A stretch of 64,000 nucleotides of DNA from NCBI GenBank assembly GCA_034670305.1, contig JAXMNT010000003.1, positions 32,001-96,000 of the forward strand, written 5' to 3'. The notes under the pieces were generated by a model that was not told the origin of the DNA, searched no databases, and was given only the letters and a program-made list of their open reading frames with translations. Every line of letters begins with the position of its first letter. Positions within the stretch are counted from its first letter, which is position 1. Of the stretch, positions 9,481 to 20,500 are shown in pieces. A program made the translations under genes and the position numbers. This stretch comes from Deltaproteobacteria bacterium. Its GTDB lineage: Bacteria; Myxococcota_A; Polyangia; Polyangiales; Houyiibacteriaceae.

Positions 9481-9716
9481 GACGCGGCGAAGCCCAGCGA
9501 AGCGAGCACACCGAGACGGGTTTGGGGCCGTGCCCCCGAGGAGCAGGAGCTGAACGCGCGAAGCGTGGGCGACTGTGCGCCGCGTCTACGAAGGCGGGGC
9601 TCACGGACGCGGCGCTCAGCTGATTGCGGGGTCCGCGCTCGGGCCCTTCAATCCGGCTAGCCGTGGCTCACCGTGTCACGGACGGGGGCCGTGCCCCCAA
9701 GATATCCGTCCGCGTG
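9481..9716. repeat. REP-like structured intergenic element
   Basis: GGGGCCGTGCCCCC at 9524-9537 and 9685-9698; GCGCCGCGTC (9577-9586) / GACGCGGCGC (9606-9615) perfect inverted repeat; GACGCGGCG also at 9481. Confidence 0.5.
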
Positions 9717-10538
9717 CTACTCGAGGCGGTAGCGGATCGGCAATGCGATCTCGCGGGTCTGCCACGCGAGCACTTCGGGCGGCTCGGGCACGACCGGCAC
9801 CCGCTGCACGTGGGCCAACGCGGCGTCGTCCAGGAGCGGTTCGCCACTCTCGGTCCGCACGCGCACGCCGAGCACGCGGCCTTCTGGATCGATGCGCAAC
9901 GAGACCATCACCGTGCCTTCGAGCTGCGCCCGCAGGAGCGAACGCGTGTATCGGGGCGCACCGAGCGCGCGCTGAACTTCTCGCAGGTACGCCTGGATGA
10001 CAGCCCGCCGGTCGACAGGCGGCGGCGCCGGCGCCGCACGGCCAGGACCCAGCCGACCGCCCTCGCCGCCATGGCCGGCCGGTCGGTCGACCGTGAGTCC
10101 GCCTTCGGTGGACACCACGCTGCCGGCCGCTTCGTGAGAAGCAGCTTCCGTCGCGAGCGGGTCGCCGACTTCTTCCGTGGTCTCCGTCTCGGCTTCGGCG
10201 GCCTCGGGTCGGGGTTCAGAGACTTCGGGACGCACGCGCACCGGGGCGGGCGGCGGGGGTGGGGCTTCGATGATCTCCTCGATCTCTTCCACCTCCTCCA
10301 ACTCCGGTTCGGGCTCGGGTTCGGGCATCTCGAACATGCCCATGAACACCGGCTCTGGAGACTGGAAGACCGGTCCGCCTTCGCTCGGCATCGCACCAGC
10401 GATCAACACGTGCCCAAGCACGGATGCCACCACGAACGCGCCGATGAACCCTTGCGAGGGTTCCTTCCATGCGGCGATCGGATCCGGTCGGCTGGGCGCG
10501 CTCGTGCGTTCGTCGAGCAGCGCGGCCCGGGGACTCAT
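9717..10538 (-). CDS. tonB: energy transducer TonB family protein
   Basis: N-terminal TM with SxxxH (ASVLGH), EP/Pro-rich linker, TonB C-terminal domain (EGTVMVSLRIDPEGRV...SGEPLLDDAAL...LPIRYRL). Start may be 10571. Confidence 0.85.
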   Translation of the reverse strand: MSPRAALLDERTSAPSRPDPIAAWKEPSQGFIGAFVVASVLGHVLIAGAMPSEGGPVFQSPEPVFMGMFEMPEPEPEPELEEVEEIEEIIEAPPPPPAPVRVRPEVSEPRPEAAEAETETTEEVGDPLATEAASHEAAGSVVSTEGGLTVDRPAGHGGEGGRLGPGRAAPAPPPVDRRAVIQAYLREVQRALGAPRYTRSLLRAQLEGTVMVSLRIDPEGRVLGVRVRTESGEPLLDDAALAHVQRVPVVPEPPEVLAWQTREIALPIRYRLE

Positions 10539-10581
10539 GGAAGGGGCAGAAGCGTGCGAAGGGGGCGGCACCCGTTGAAGA

Positions 10582-10601
10582 TGAAACGGTTTTTCATTTT
10601 C
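10582..10601 (-). promoter_or_regulatory. putative Fur-family box upstream of tonB
   Basis: Minus strand GAAAATGAAAAACCGTTTC matches 13/19 of GATAATGATAATCATTATC; TGAAACG-G-TTTTTCA 7-1-7 palindrome; AT-rich island in GC-rich DNA. Confidence 0.55.
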
Positions 10602-10641
10602 AGCAAGGCCGAATCAGCGCGAAAACGTCAATGATTCCGGA

Positions 10642-11241
10642 TCAGGTTCCGCTCGCAGCCGTGGCCGCTGCCTGCGCCGAGCGCCGATGGGCTCGGAAAT
10701 GTTGGTAGCAGACCGGAACGTAGCGCTCATCCGCGCCGAGCTGGATCTGGGGGCCGTCGACGGCCGCCACCCCATCCACCAGCCGCAGATTGAACACTGC
10801 CTTCCTGCCGCACTCGAAACAGGTGACCTTCACCTCTTCGATCGTGTCCGCGAGCTCCAAGAGCCGTCGCGAACCGACGAAGAGCCGCGCCTGGAAGTCG
10901 GTCCGAAGGCCGTAGCAGATGACCGGAACACCATGATCCACGGTCAGATCCCGGAGCTGATCGATGACGGACTCGGACAAGAACTGCGCTTCGTCCACGA
11001 GCAAACAGTCGAGCTCCGCGAGTTCCGCGACGGGCAGCACACTGTCTGGGTCGACCAGATACTCGGCATCCGCTTCGAGCCCAGACCGCGAACGGATCGC
11101 CTTCGAGCCGAACCGGTCGTCGAGTCGCGGCTTCATCAACGCACACCGTTTGCCCTGCTTCCGGTAGTTGTGCGCCACCGCGAGCAGGTTCATCGTCTTG
11201 GCGCTGTCCATGGTGCCATACCGAAAGTAGAGCTTGGCCAT
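10642..11241 (-). CDS. tdk: thymidine kinase
   Basis: LYFRYGTMDSAKT, IRSRSG, VDEAQF, YGLRTDF, CxxC...CxxH zinc site. Confidence 0.95.
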   Translation of the reverse strand: MAKLYFRYGTMDSAKTMNLLAVAHNYRKQGKRCALMKPRLDDRFGSKAIRSRSGLEADAEYLVDPDSVLPVAELAELDCLLVDEAQFLSESVIDQLRDLTVDHGVPVICYGLRTDFQARLFVGSRRLLELADTIEEVKVTCFECGRKAVFNLRLVDGVAAVDGPQIQLGADERYVPVCYQHFRAHRRSAQAAATAASGT

Positions 11242-11331
11242 CGCGGCGGAGTATCACAAACGTCAGCAAAAACCACGACGTGGACCAGCTGCCTTTGATG
11301 GTAGACCCTCCCCGAGCTACCATGCCGAGAC

Positions 11332-12975
11332 GTGACCGCCGTGCCCACTAGCGAAGAAGAAGTCATCGTTGGCACGACGATCGGCGGGCGCTTTCGGATC
11401 GACTCACGCATCGCCGCGGGCGGCATGGGTGTGGTCTACAAAGCGGAGCAGGTCCCCCTCGGTCGGCCCGTCGCCGTGAAGATCCTCCGGGCGCCCAACG
11501 ACCCGCGGATGGACGAGAGCTTCAGCAAACGTTTCCTGCTCGAAGCGGCGGCCGTTGCGAACCTGGCCCATCCCCACACCATCGTGGTCCACGACTACGG
11601 TCGCGATGGCGAAGTCCTCTACTTCGCGATGGAGTTCCTCGAGGGCGCGACCCTCACCGGCCGCGTTCGAAAAAAGGGGCCCATGCCGCCCGCCGAAGCG
11701 ATCCACGTCGGCAAGCAGATCGCGAGCTCGCTCCAGGACGCGCACGAAGCCGGCCTGGTGCACCGCGATCTCAAACCCGGCAACGTGATGCTCATCTCGC
11801 GCGGCGGGGACCCCAACTACGTCAAGGTGCTCGACTTCGGCCTCGTGAAGATGGTCTCGACGGAAGAGAACGCCGCGCTCACGCAGAGCGGCATCATGCT
11901 CGGGTCGCCACGCTACATGTCGCCCGAACAAGTGCGCGGTAAGGGCGACGTCGATCACCGAGCGGACATCTACAGCTTCGGCGCGATGCTCTGCTTCATG
12001 TTGACCGCGAAACCGCCGTTCCCAGCCGGTTCGCAGTTCGAGGCGATGCGTGCGCACGTCTACACGGCACCCCCAGCGCTCCGCGAGCTCGATCCGAAAT
12101 GCACCGCCAGCCAGCGGGTGCAGCAGTTGATTCACAAGTGCCTCGCGAAGAAACCGGACGAACGTTTCCAGTCGATGGCAGAGCTGCTTCAAGCGCTCGC
12201 GCACGCGGAACTCGCCCCGGTCGACACCAACGGTGCGCAGGACGAGAAGCCCACGATGATGTCGGCCGAGTCGCCGCGCGAGCAGCCCCACGTGGCTCCG
12301 CAACCGCTGGCTCCGCCTGCGCCTACCCCGACCCCTTCTCCCGCGCCAAGTTTCACTGGTCCGCCGCAGCAAGAGGCGCACACCCAATCGTTCAAGCCGC
12401 TTCCGTCCGAGGGGGCGTCCGGTAGCTACATCGGACCCGTGCACAGCCCTGCCCGCGTCTGGGGAGTGCGCATTGCCGCCGGCCTACTCGTGGTCGCCGG
12501 TGCCGCCGGTGCGGCGCTTCTGGTGGGGCAGAACGACGACCCAGTCGTGGAACCACTGCCACCTCGCGAGCCGACCGTGGTCGAGACCCCGGTGGCCCCC
12601 CCAACCGAGATGGCCGCTGATCCCGTCGAGACCCAACAGGTGCGCACCGTCGTGCAGTCCGACCCCTCGCCGGCGCGCGTCCTTCGCAACGGGCACGATC
12701 TCGGAGACACCCCGCTTACGCTCCTGATGCCCGAGGGGGCCGAGTGGGAGCTCGAACTCTCCGCCCGCGGGTACGAAACGCGCAGCATCCGCTTGCGAGG
12801 CGGCGTCGAACCCGAGCGACTCGTGCGCTTGGAACGATCGCCCGAGACCACGAGGATGACCACCACGACGATGCGGCGGCCAGAGCCGATGGTCGACACC
12901 CCGATCATGATCGAGCGGGTCGAGATGCAGATGTCGATGGAACCGGCCGGCCCGATTCGAAACCCCTGGGACTGA
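11332..12975 (+). CDS. membrane Ser/Thr protein kinase with PEGA-like extracellular domain
   Basis: GGMGVVY, VAVK, HRDLKPGN, DFG, YMSPE, DIYSFG; Pro-rich linker, TM, SDPSPARV...GDTPL...GY. Confidence 0.92.
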   Translation: MTAVPTSEEEVIVGTTIGGRFRIDSRIAAGGMGVVYKAEQVPLGRPVAVKILRAPNDPRMDESFSKRFLLEAAAVANLAHPHTIVVHDYGRDGEVLYFAMEFLEGATLTGRVRKKGPMPPAEAIHVGKQIASSLQDAHEAGLVHRDLKPGNVMLISRGGDPNYVKVLDFGLVKMVSTEENAALTQSGIMLGSPRYMSPEQVRGKGDVDHRADIYSFGAMLCFMLTAKPPFPAGSQFEAMRAHVYTAPPALRELDPKCTASQRVQQLIHKCLAKKPDERFQSMAELLQALAHAELAPVDTNGAQDEKPTMMSAESPREQPHVAPQPLAPPAPTPTPSPAPSFTGPPQQEAHTQSFKPLPSEGASGSYIGPVHSPARVWGVRIAAGLLVVAGAAGAALLVGQNDDPVVEPLPPREPTVVETPVAPPTEMAADPVETQQVRTVVQSDPSPARVLRNGHDLGDTPLTLLMPEGAEWELELSARGYETRSIRLRGGVEPERLVRLERSPETTRMTTTTMRRPEPMVDTPIMIERVEMQMSMEPAGPIRNPWD

Positions 12976-13119
12976 CCGCTGCGCGCGCCGGGCCACACGT
13001 GCGCCCCGTGCGAAGTGTCAGCGTCCGATGGGAACGGTACACTCGGCCGCCCATGCCTTCCCGATCGACCGCTGCCCCGACGCAAGCCCCACCCTTCCGC
13101 CCGATCCTCGTGACCGCTC

Positions 13120-15798
13120 ATGGCGCGTGAACGCGTCATTCTCGTCGATGGCACCGCGCTGATCTTCCGCGCGTTCTTTGCCATCCCCGCCACCTTCCGG
13201 AGTTCGGCCGGGGTGCCGACCAACGCCACCTACGGGTTCGCGCTGATGTTCCGCCGCATTCTCGCTGGCAAGACGCCGAAGTTCGGCGCGGTCATCTTCG
13301 ACGCGCCCGGCAAGACGTTTCGGGACGACAAGTACCCGAAGTACAAAGCACAGCGTCCGCCCATGCCCAGCGACATGCGGGTGCAGATCGACTGGATCAA
13401 GAAGGTCGTGGAGGCGCACGACTTTCCGATGATGAGCATCCCGGGCTACGAGGCCGACGACGTCATCGGCACGCTGACCCGTGAGGCGGTCGAGGCGGGC
13501 CACGAGGTCCAGATCGTCTCGGGCGACAAAGACTTTGCCCAGCTCGTCAGCGCCGACGTGCGCATGCTCGATACGATGAAGGACGTCTCCTACGACCCGG
13601 AGCTCGTCCGAAAGAAGTGGGGCGTGCCGCCCGAGAAGTTCGTCGACTTCCTCGCGCTGGTTGGCGACAAAGCCGACAACATTCCGGGCGTGCCTGGCAT
13701 CGGCAAGAAGACCGCGACCACCCTGCTCGAGAAGTACGGCGACCTCGAGACCGTGCTCTCGAGCACTGGCGAGCTCAAAGGCAAACAGAAGGAGAACCTC
13801 GAGAACCACGCGGACGACGCGCGGATGTCCAAGGACCTCGCGACCATCGACGTAAAGGTGCCGCTCGAGCTGAACGTCACCGAGCTGACGATCCCCGAGG
13901 TGGACAAGTCGAAGGTCGACGCGCTCTATCAGGAGCTCGAGTTCTTCTCGCTCCTCAGCGGCGACGGCGCCACCGAACGCGCCGAGGACGCGGACTACCG
14001 GGCGCTCACCGCAGACGAAGTCGACGACTACTTCCAGACGCTCGGCCAAGACGGATCCACGACGGGCGTGCAACTGCTGCACGGACTCGACTCATCCATC
14101 TACGGCGCGCTGCTGGGCCTCGCATTCTCCACGGCCGGAGCGAAGGAATCCGTCGCGCGCTATCTGCCGCTGGCCGGCGACGGTGCGCTCACCGGTGCCA
14201 AGGTGCGAAAGACGGTCGGCGCGTGGCTCGCCGACCCGAAGCGCAAGAAGGTGACCCACGACCTGCGCGACGTGGTCTGCATTCTCGAAGGCGCGGGCAT
14301 GACCATCGACGGAGTGGTCGGCGACACCCGCTATGCGTCGTACCTGATCGATCCGACCGGCGACATTCCGCACCGGCTCGACCAGATCGCACGCCGGTTC
14401 CTGCACCGCACCCTCATCCCACTCAAGAACCTGATCGGCAGCGGCAAGACGGTCAAGGACATCACCGACGTCGAGCTGGCCGAGGTCGCCTCGTTCGCCG
14501 GTCACCTCGCGCGCGCGATCGCCGAGGCATGGCCGGTCGTGTCGGCCGCCTGCGAGGAACGCGGACAGACCCGCTACTTGGAAGAAGTGTCGCTGCCACT
14601 CGCCCGCGTGCTCGCGCGCATGCAACGCATCGGCATCGGTGCGGACGCGACGATCTTTGACGCGCTCGGCAAAGAGTTCACCGAACGTCGGCTCACGGTA
14701 GAGAAGCGCATTCACGAACTCGCCGGACGGAAGTTCAACGTCGGGTCCGGCAAGCAGCTCGGCGCCGTGCTCTTCGACGAACTCAAACTCCCGGTGATCA
14801 AGCGCACGAAGACCGGGTACTCCACCGCCGCCGACGTCTTGGAACGCCTCGCACCCAAACACGAGATCGCGACGCTCGTCGTGGACTGGCGCGCGCTCGC
14901 CAAACTGGTGAACACCTACACGCGTGTGCTGAGCGAAGCGATTCGCCCGGACACCGGCCGCATCCATTGCCGCGTTCAACAAACCGTCAGCGCGTCGGGC
15001 CGCCTCATCAGCACCGATCCGGACTTGCAACGCACCCCGATTCGAACTCCGGACGGCCGCCGAATCCGCGAAGCGTTCGTGGCGGAGAAGGGGTTCGTGA
15101 TGGTGAGCGCGGACTGGAGTCAGATCGAGCTGCGCATCCTCGCGCACATCACGGAAGATCCGAAACTCGTCGAGTCGTTCCAGAAGGGCATCGATGTGCA
15201 CCGCCGCACCGCGAGCGAGATCTACGACATCGATCCGCAAGACGTGGACGCGACCCAGCGCAACGTCGGCAAGACCGTGAACTTCGCCACGATCTACGGC
15301 CAGGGCGCGGTGGCGCTCGGCCAGAGCCTCGGCATGCCGCGGTCCGAAGCGAAAGATCTCATCGACCGGTACTTTCAAGTCTACGCCGGAGTACGCGATT
15401 GGCTCGACGAGACGATCGCGGAGGCGCATCAACTCGGCTACTGCGAGACGGTGCTCGGTCGCCGGCGCCTCATTCCGGAGCTGAGCAGCCGCAGCCCGAC
15501 GGACATCGCGTACGGCGAACGCATCGCCGCCAACACGCCCATTCAAGGCAGCGCCGCCGACATCTGCAAACTCGCGATGCTGGCGATCGACGCGCGCATC
15601 CAAAAGGAGAAGCTCCGGTCCCGGATGCTGCTCCAGATCCACGACGAGCTGGTCTTCGAAGCCCCGCCCGACGAACTCGACACGCTCGTGGCGTTGGTCC
15701 GAGAGTGTATGGAACACCCGCTGCCCGACGACCTCGCACTCGACGTGCCGCTCGTCGTGGACATCGGACACGGCGCGAGCTGGTCCGCCGCCCACTGA
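13120..15798 (+). CDS. polA: DNA polymerase I
   Basis: 5'-3' exonuclease (LVDG, EADD, SGDKD, GDKADNIPGVPGIGKKT) plus polymerase motifs A (DWSQIELR), B (KTVNFATIYG) and C (QIHDEL). Confidence 0.95.
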   Translation: MARERVILVDGTALIFRAFFAIPATFRSSAGVPTNATYGFALMFRRILAGKTPKFGAVIFDAPGKTFRDDKYPKYKAQRPPMPSDMRVQIDWIKKVVEAHDFPMMSIPGYEADDVIGTLTREAVEAGHEVQIVSGDKDFAQLVSADVRMLDTMKDVSYDPELVRKKWGVPPEKFVDFLALVGDKADNIPGVPGIGKKTATTLLEKYGDLETVLSSTGELKGKQKENLENHADDARMSKDLATIDVKVPLELNVTELTIPEVDKSKVDALYQELEFFSLLSGDGATERAEDADYRALTADEVDDYFQTLGQDGSTTGVQLLHGLDSSIYGALLGLAFSTAGAKESVARYLPLAGDGALTGAKVRKTVGAWLADPKRKKVTHDLRDVVCILEGAGMTIDGVVGDTRYASYLIDPTGDIPHRLDQIARRFLHRTLIPLKNLIGSGKTVKDITDVELAEVASFAGHLARAIAEAWPVVSAACEERGQTRYLEEVSLPLARVLARMQRIGIGADATIFDALGKEFTERRLTVEKRIHELAGRKFNVGSGKQLGAVLFDELKLPVIKRTKTGYSTAADVLERLAPKHEIATLVVDWRALAKLVNTYTRVLSEAIRPDTGRIHCRVQQTVSASGRLISTDPDLQRTPIRTPDGRRIREAFVAEKGFVMVSADWSQIELRILAHITEDPKLVESFQKGIDVHRRTASEIYDIDPQDVDATQRNVGKTVNFATIYGQGAVALGQSLGMPRSEAKDLIDRYFQVYAGVRDWLDETIAEAHQLGYCETVLGRRRLIPELSSRSPTDIAYGERIAANTPIQGSAADICKLAMLAIDARIQKEKLRSRMLLQIHDELVFEAPPDELDTLVALVRECMEHPLPDDLALDVPLVVDIGHGASWSAAH

Positions 15799-15911
15799 GC
15801 CCGCGGGCGCGCAAGCTCCGAGGCAGAGTCAGAGTCCGCAGCAGCGTCCCCTGAACCCGGCGCCCGGCTGGGCCGGCTTCTCGTGTCCGCGCGTGGGTGG
15901 TACCACGCAGC

Positions 15912-17429
15912 ATGGCTTCTCGATTGGGTGCGTGGCTCGGGCTGGCGACCGTGACCGCGTTGGTCGGACTCGGATGCAGCGCCGACACCTGCGACTTCGA
16001 TTCGGACTGCCGGGACGGACTGCGCTGCATCAGCCGGCAATGCCGGTTGGAGTGCCGCTCCAGCGCGGACTGCGAAGGCGGCGCGTCCTGCACCGAGGGG
16101 CGGTGCGCTGCGCCCTCGGACGGCGGCATCGATTCGGGCCTGCCCGACGCGCCAGACAGCGGAAACGACTCGGGCGGGATGGACAGTGGCACGCGCGACG
16201 CCGCCGCCCCGTCGGATGGGGGACCGAGAGACACCGGAGCCGAGATCGATGCCGAGCCGCCCGATGCAGGCGGCGACCCGGGCGACACCGGAGCCGACGC
16301 CGGGATGGCAGACGCTGGAGCCGACGCGCCCGTCGGGCGCGGCAGCTACCTCTACCGCAGAATCCCCGTCGGTGGACTGAACGAGGCCACCCAGGTCGCG
16401 TTCCACCCCGATGGCACGTACGCGCTCGTGCTCGAGCGGAACAACGAGGTGCACGTGTTCGACTGGGCCACCGAGACCACGGTCCAGATCGATCTGCGCG
16501 TGGCGGGGCGCAGCGTCCGACTCGAAGACGTGCACTTCGATCCGAGCGGCGCGTACGCGTACCTCGTCGGGTACGAGACGAGTCCCGAAGCCGGCGTGAT
16601 CGTCCGCTTCGACGACGCGACGTGGCGCAGCGCGAGCGATGCCACCGCGTTCACGCGCCTCAGCGAGCGCCGCGCCGGCGAACGTTTCACCGCCATCGAG
16701 TTCCCAGAGCCTGGCGACAGCCCAGCCGGCGATGGGCGACCCGTCGTCCTGTCCGCGAGCGGCTCGGCTTCGTACATCGGCCGACTGCGCGAACTCGACC
16801 CCGCGGCCGACACGTTCGAGGGGTTGTTCGTGGCCCAAGCCATGTCGTCGAGCGCCGACGACCTCGCGTTCGTCGACAACGAGTTCGGGACCTGGGGCAT
16901 CGTGATCGTCGCTGGTCCCTCGGGCGCGGACACGAAGTACTACACCGAGATCGCCGGGGTGCCCGAGTGGCGCCCGGCGCCCGCCGCCACCCTCGGCAAC
17001 GTCTCGCGAGCCGCCGCCCACCCATCCACCGACTACGTGCTCGCGATCGGAACGTCTGGCCGCCGAGCGCATCGCTTTGAGGCTGGTACGTGGGGCCCGG
17101 CGAGCAGCGCGCCACGCTTCGCGACCCAGGGCGTCTTCGACGTGAGCTTCGCGCCCGATGGACAGCGCGCCTTGATCGTCGGACGCACATCGGTCGGGCG
17201 GGGCACGGTGATCGAGTACCGACACGACCTCTACTCCGAGATCGACATGACCGACGTCTCGATCTCAGGCTTCGAAGGACCGCCTTACAACGCCACCTCC
17301 AACACCTACCTGAACGACAGCGCGTTCCGACCCGGATGCGACGGTGGGCTCATCGTGGGCGGCGAGGTCTCGGCGGGCACCGGCATGCTGATCGAGTTCC
17401 AGATCGAAGCCGCCCGAGCCTGCCGCTAG
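15912..17429 (+). CDS. lipoprotein: Cys-rich N-terminus, DAG-rich linker, probable beta-propeller
   Basis: Lipobox LVGLGC; paired CxxxxxC modules; repeated AFHPDG/FDPSG/FAPDG/FRPG blade-like motifs. Confidence 0.7.
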   Translation: MASRLGAWLGLATVTALVGLGCSADTCDFDSDCRDGLRCISRQCRLECRSSADCEGGASCTEGRCAAPSDGGIDSGLPDAPDSGNDSGGMDSGTRDAAAPSDGGPRDTGAEIDAEPPDAGGDPGDTGADAGMADAGADAPVGRGSYLYRRIPVGGLNEATQVAFHPDGTYALVLERNNEVHVFDWATETTVQIDLRVAGRSVRLEDVHFDPSGAYAYLVGYETSPEAGVIVRFDDATWRSASDATAFTRLSERRAGERFTAIEFPEPGDSPAGDGRPVVLSASGSASYIGRLRELDPAADTFEGLFVAQAMSSSADDLAFVDNEFGTWGIVIVAGPSGADTKYYTEIAGVPEWRPAPAATLGNVSRAAAHPSTDYVLAIGTSGRRAHRFEAGTWGPASSAPRFATQGVFDVSFAPDGQRALIVGRTSVGRGTVIEYRHDLYSEIDMTDVSISGFEGPPYNATSNTYLNDSAFRPGCDGGLIVGGEVSAGTGMLIEFQIEAARACR

Positions 17430-17574
17430 GCTCGATCCCCCTCGGACAGCAAACGCGTGGGCGTGCCCGTCAACCCGGACGTGCGCACCGACTGAGGACC
17501 ATCCGCGAACGAGTGGCGCTGCTCAGCGGTCCCGGAGATGGTTGGCCGGGCCCGCTTCGCTTACACGAAAGGTC

Positions 17575-20500
17575 TCAGTAGCGGCAGCAGCGGAAGCCGG
17601 TGTTCGGGAAGGCGAAGTTCTGGTCGCCGGTCGTGAAGTCGAAGGTGCAGGTCCGTCCCGGTTCGACGTTGTTGTACGAACCGCCCCGGATGGCATGGAT
17701 GTCCGTGGCCACCTCGGTGTAGGTCCACTCCTTCACGTTGCCGCTCAAGTCGTAGACCCGCTGGCCCCCGCTGTGGGCGGCGTAACAAGCCGGGAAAGTC
17801 GCCGACCCGGTGTCAAAGATGCTGTCCTGGTCGCCGGAGCTCGGGGAGCTGTCGTACTCCTTGCCGTTGCATCGGGTCGGGTTGCTGGTGCTGCAGCTGG
17901 CCGAGTACGACCAGTTGCACGTGCCGCTCACGCCCTGACAGCCCACTTCCCAGTCTTCCGCGTCGCAGAGGCGCCATTCGCTGAGATCGCCGGTGCAGGT
18001 GCCGCCCGCATTCATCGCGCAGCACGCGGCATTCGCTTCGGCCCAGGTCACGTTGGTCCAGGGAATGACGCCAGCGCGGGAACACGCGACGGTGTTCACG
18101 GTGCCGGGATCACCGCCCGTGCCATCCGGTCGCGAGGCTTCGTAGACGAACATCTCGAAGGTGCCGCCGCCGCCGCTGAGGTTGAGGGTGACCGTCTCGA
18201 TGTTCGAGGGATCGATCTCCTCGTCGATGAACGTGTCGCAGTCGTTGTCGAGGTCGTCGCAGTCTTCCGGAGACGACGGGAGCGGCGCGCCGGCGTTGCA
18301 TTCGGTGCCGTCCATGCTGCCGTTGCAGACGAACATGCCGTTGACCCGGCACTCGCCGGTGCCGTTGCCGCAGCTGGTGCCGAGCAGCGGGAAGGGATCG
18401 TCCGCGAAGCCGTTGCAGTCGTTGTCGAGCGTGTCGCAGCGGGTCTCGCCGCCGGGTTCGTAGGTCGCTGGGTAGTTGCACACCCAGCCCGAACCCGCGC
18501 CGCAGGTCGCGCTGGTGCCGCTGCACACACCGTTCGGGTTGCAGAAGTTCGACGGCGGCGTGAGCGACTCATCCGTGACCATGTCGCAGTCGTCGTCGAC
18601 GCCGTTGCAGACTTCGGCGCCGTTGAAGCTGCAGGCGTACTCGCACCCGTCGACATCCGATCCGTTGATGTCGTAGAAGCCCGCGTCGCAGGTCGTCATC
18701 ATACAACTGCCGCTGCTGCAGACCGCGTTGGCGTTCATGAAGTCGCACTCGATGCCGCAGCCGCCGCAGTGGTTGATGTCGTTCGTGGTGTCGAAGTCTT
18801 CGTCCGTGCTGCCGTCGCAGTCGTTGTCGTCCGTGTCGCAGCTCTCCAGCGACGGGCCGGTGCCCCCGCTACACGAGAGTGAACCGCCGGTACAAACCTG
18901 CATGCCTTGCACGCACTCTCCGGTGCCGTTGCCGCACAGCGCGCCGCCACCCGGGTTGCCTTCGTCCACGTTGCCATCGCAGTCGTTGTCGCTCGAGTCG
19001 CAGCTCTCGGCTGTCGGTCCGACGCCGCCCACGCACGTCAACGATCCACTGGTGCACTGCCGCGTGCCTTGCACGCAGTCGCCGGTGCCGTTGCCGCAGA
19101 GCGCACCGCCGCCGGGGTTGCCTTCGTCGGTACTGCCATCGCAGTCGTCGTCTTCGCCATCGCAGGTCTCGGCGGTCGGTCCCGACCCGCCGACGCACGT
19201 GAGCGAACCGCCGAGGCAGGAGAGCGAGCCGAAGTTGCATTCGCCGGTGCCGATGCCACACGTGCCACCGCCACCCGGGTTGCCCTCGTCGGTGCTCCCG
19301 TCGCAGTCGTTGTCGAGCGTGTCGCAGCTCTCGGCCACGGGCCCGCTTCCGCCCACGCAGGTGAGGGTGCCCCCGGTGCATTGACGCGTGCCTTGCACGC
19401 ATTCGCCGGTGCCGTTGCCGCACAGCGCGCCGCCGCCCGGGTTGCCCTCGTCGAGGTTGCCGTCGCAGTCGTCGTCCACCCCGTTGCAGGTCTCGGCCGT
19501 CGGACCGGTGCCGCCACCGCACACAAGCGCGCCTCCGGTGCACGAGAGCGTGCCGGACATACACGCGCCCACCGCGCTGCCGCAGCTCGCGCCGCCGCCC
19601 GGGTTGCCTTCGTCCGTGCTTCCGTCGCAGTCGTTGTCGCGGCCGTCGCAGTTGTCCGCCGTCGGGAAGGTGCCGCCGGTGCAGACGAAGCCGCCGCCAC
19701 TGCATACCCGGATGCCCTCTCGGCACTCGCCGGTGGAGCTTCCGCACGCGCCATCGGTCGGCACGCCTTCGTCCACGCGGCCGTCGCAGTCTTCGTCGAC
19801 TCCATCGCACGTCTCCGTGCTCGGCCGGACCCCACCGGCACAGCTCAGGGTGCCCCCGGAGCACGTCAACGTGCCCGTCGTGCAGACACCGATGCTGCTG
19901 CCGCACGCCGCGCCGCCGCCCGGGTTCATCTCGTCCGTCGACCCGTCGCAGTCGTCGTCCACGCCGTTGCACGACTCCGCCGTGCCGCTGACCGTGCCCT
20001 GGCATTGGATGGCGCCGCCGATGCATCGCTGGACACCCGCGCTGCACGCGCCGACGTCGGAGCCACATGCTGCGCCGCCGCCCGGATCGGACTCGTCCAC
20101 ACTGCCATCGCAGTCGTCGTCGAGTGAGTTGCACATCTCCGCGGCGGCGCCGGTGGCGCCTACGCACACGATCGCGCCCGCCGTGCACTGCCGGGTGCCG
20201 GGTGAACAGAGACCCACGTCGGTGCCGCAGTTGCCACCGCCGCCCGGGTTCATCTCATCGGTCATCCCGTCGCAGTCGTCGTCTGCGCCGTTGCAGGACT
20301 CGTCCGCGCCGCCAGTGGCGCCTTCACACACGACGACGCCGCCGCGGCAGTGTTCGAGGCCAGCGACACAGGCGCCGACATCGGTGCCGCAGCTGGCGCC
20401 ACCGTCTGGGTCGCCCTCGTCGATGTTCCGGTCGCAGTCGTTGTCGAGTCCGTCGCAGGTCTCGGTCCCAGCGCCGATCGCACCGACGCAGCTCAGTCCG

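Noticed and set aside
15820-15850. Short GAGGCA/GAGTCA/GAGTCC run after polA and CGACGC/CGAACC run at 60091-60112
   Set aside because: Possibly remnants of the hexamer family, but too short to separate from chance.
17575-17760. FGE/C-lectin C-terminus as a diversity-generating retroelement target
   Set aside because: The fold fits, but no reverse transcriptase and no adenine-variant template copy was seen in the window; a remote DGR cannot be excluded without a genome search.
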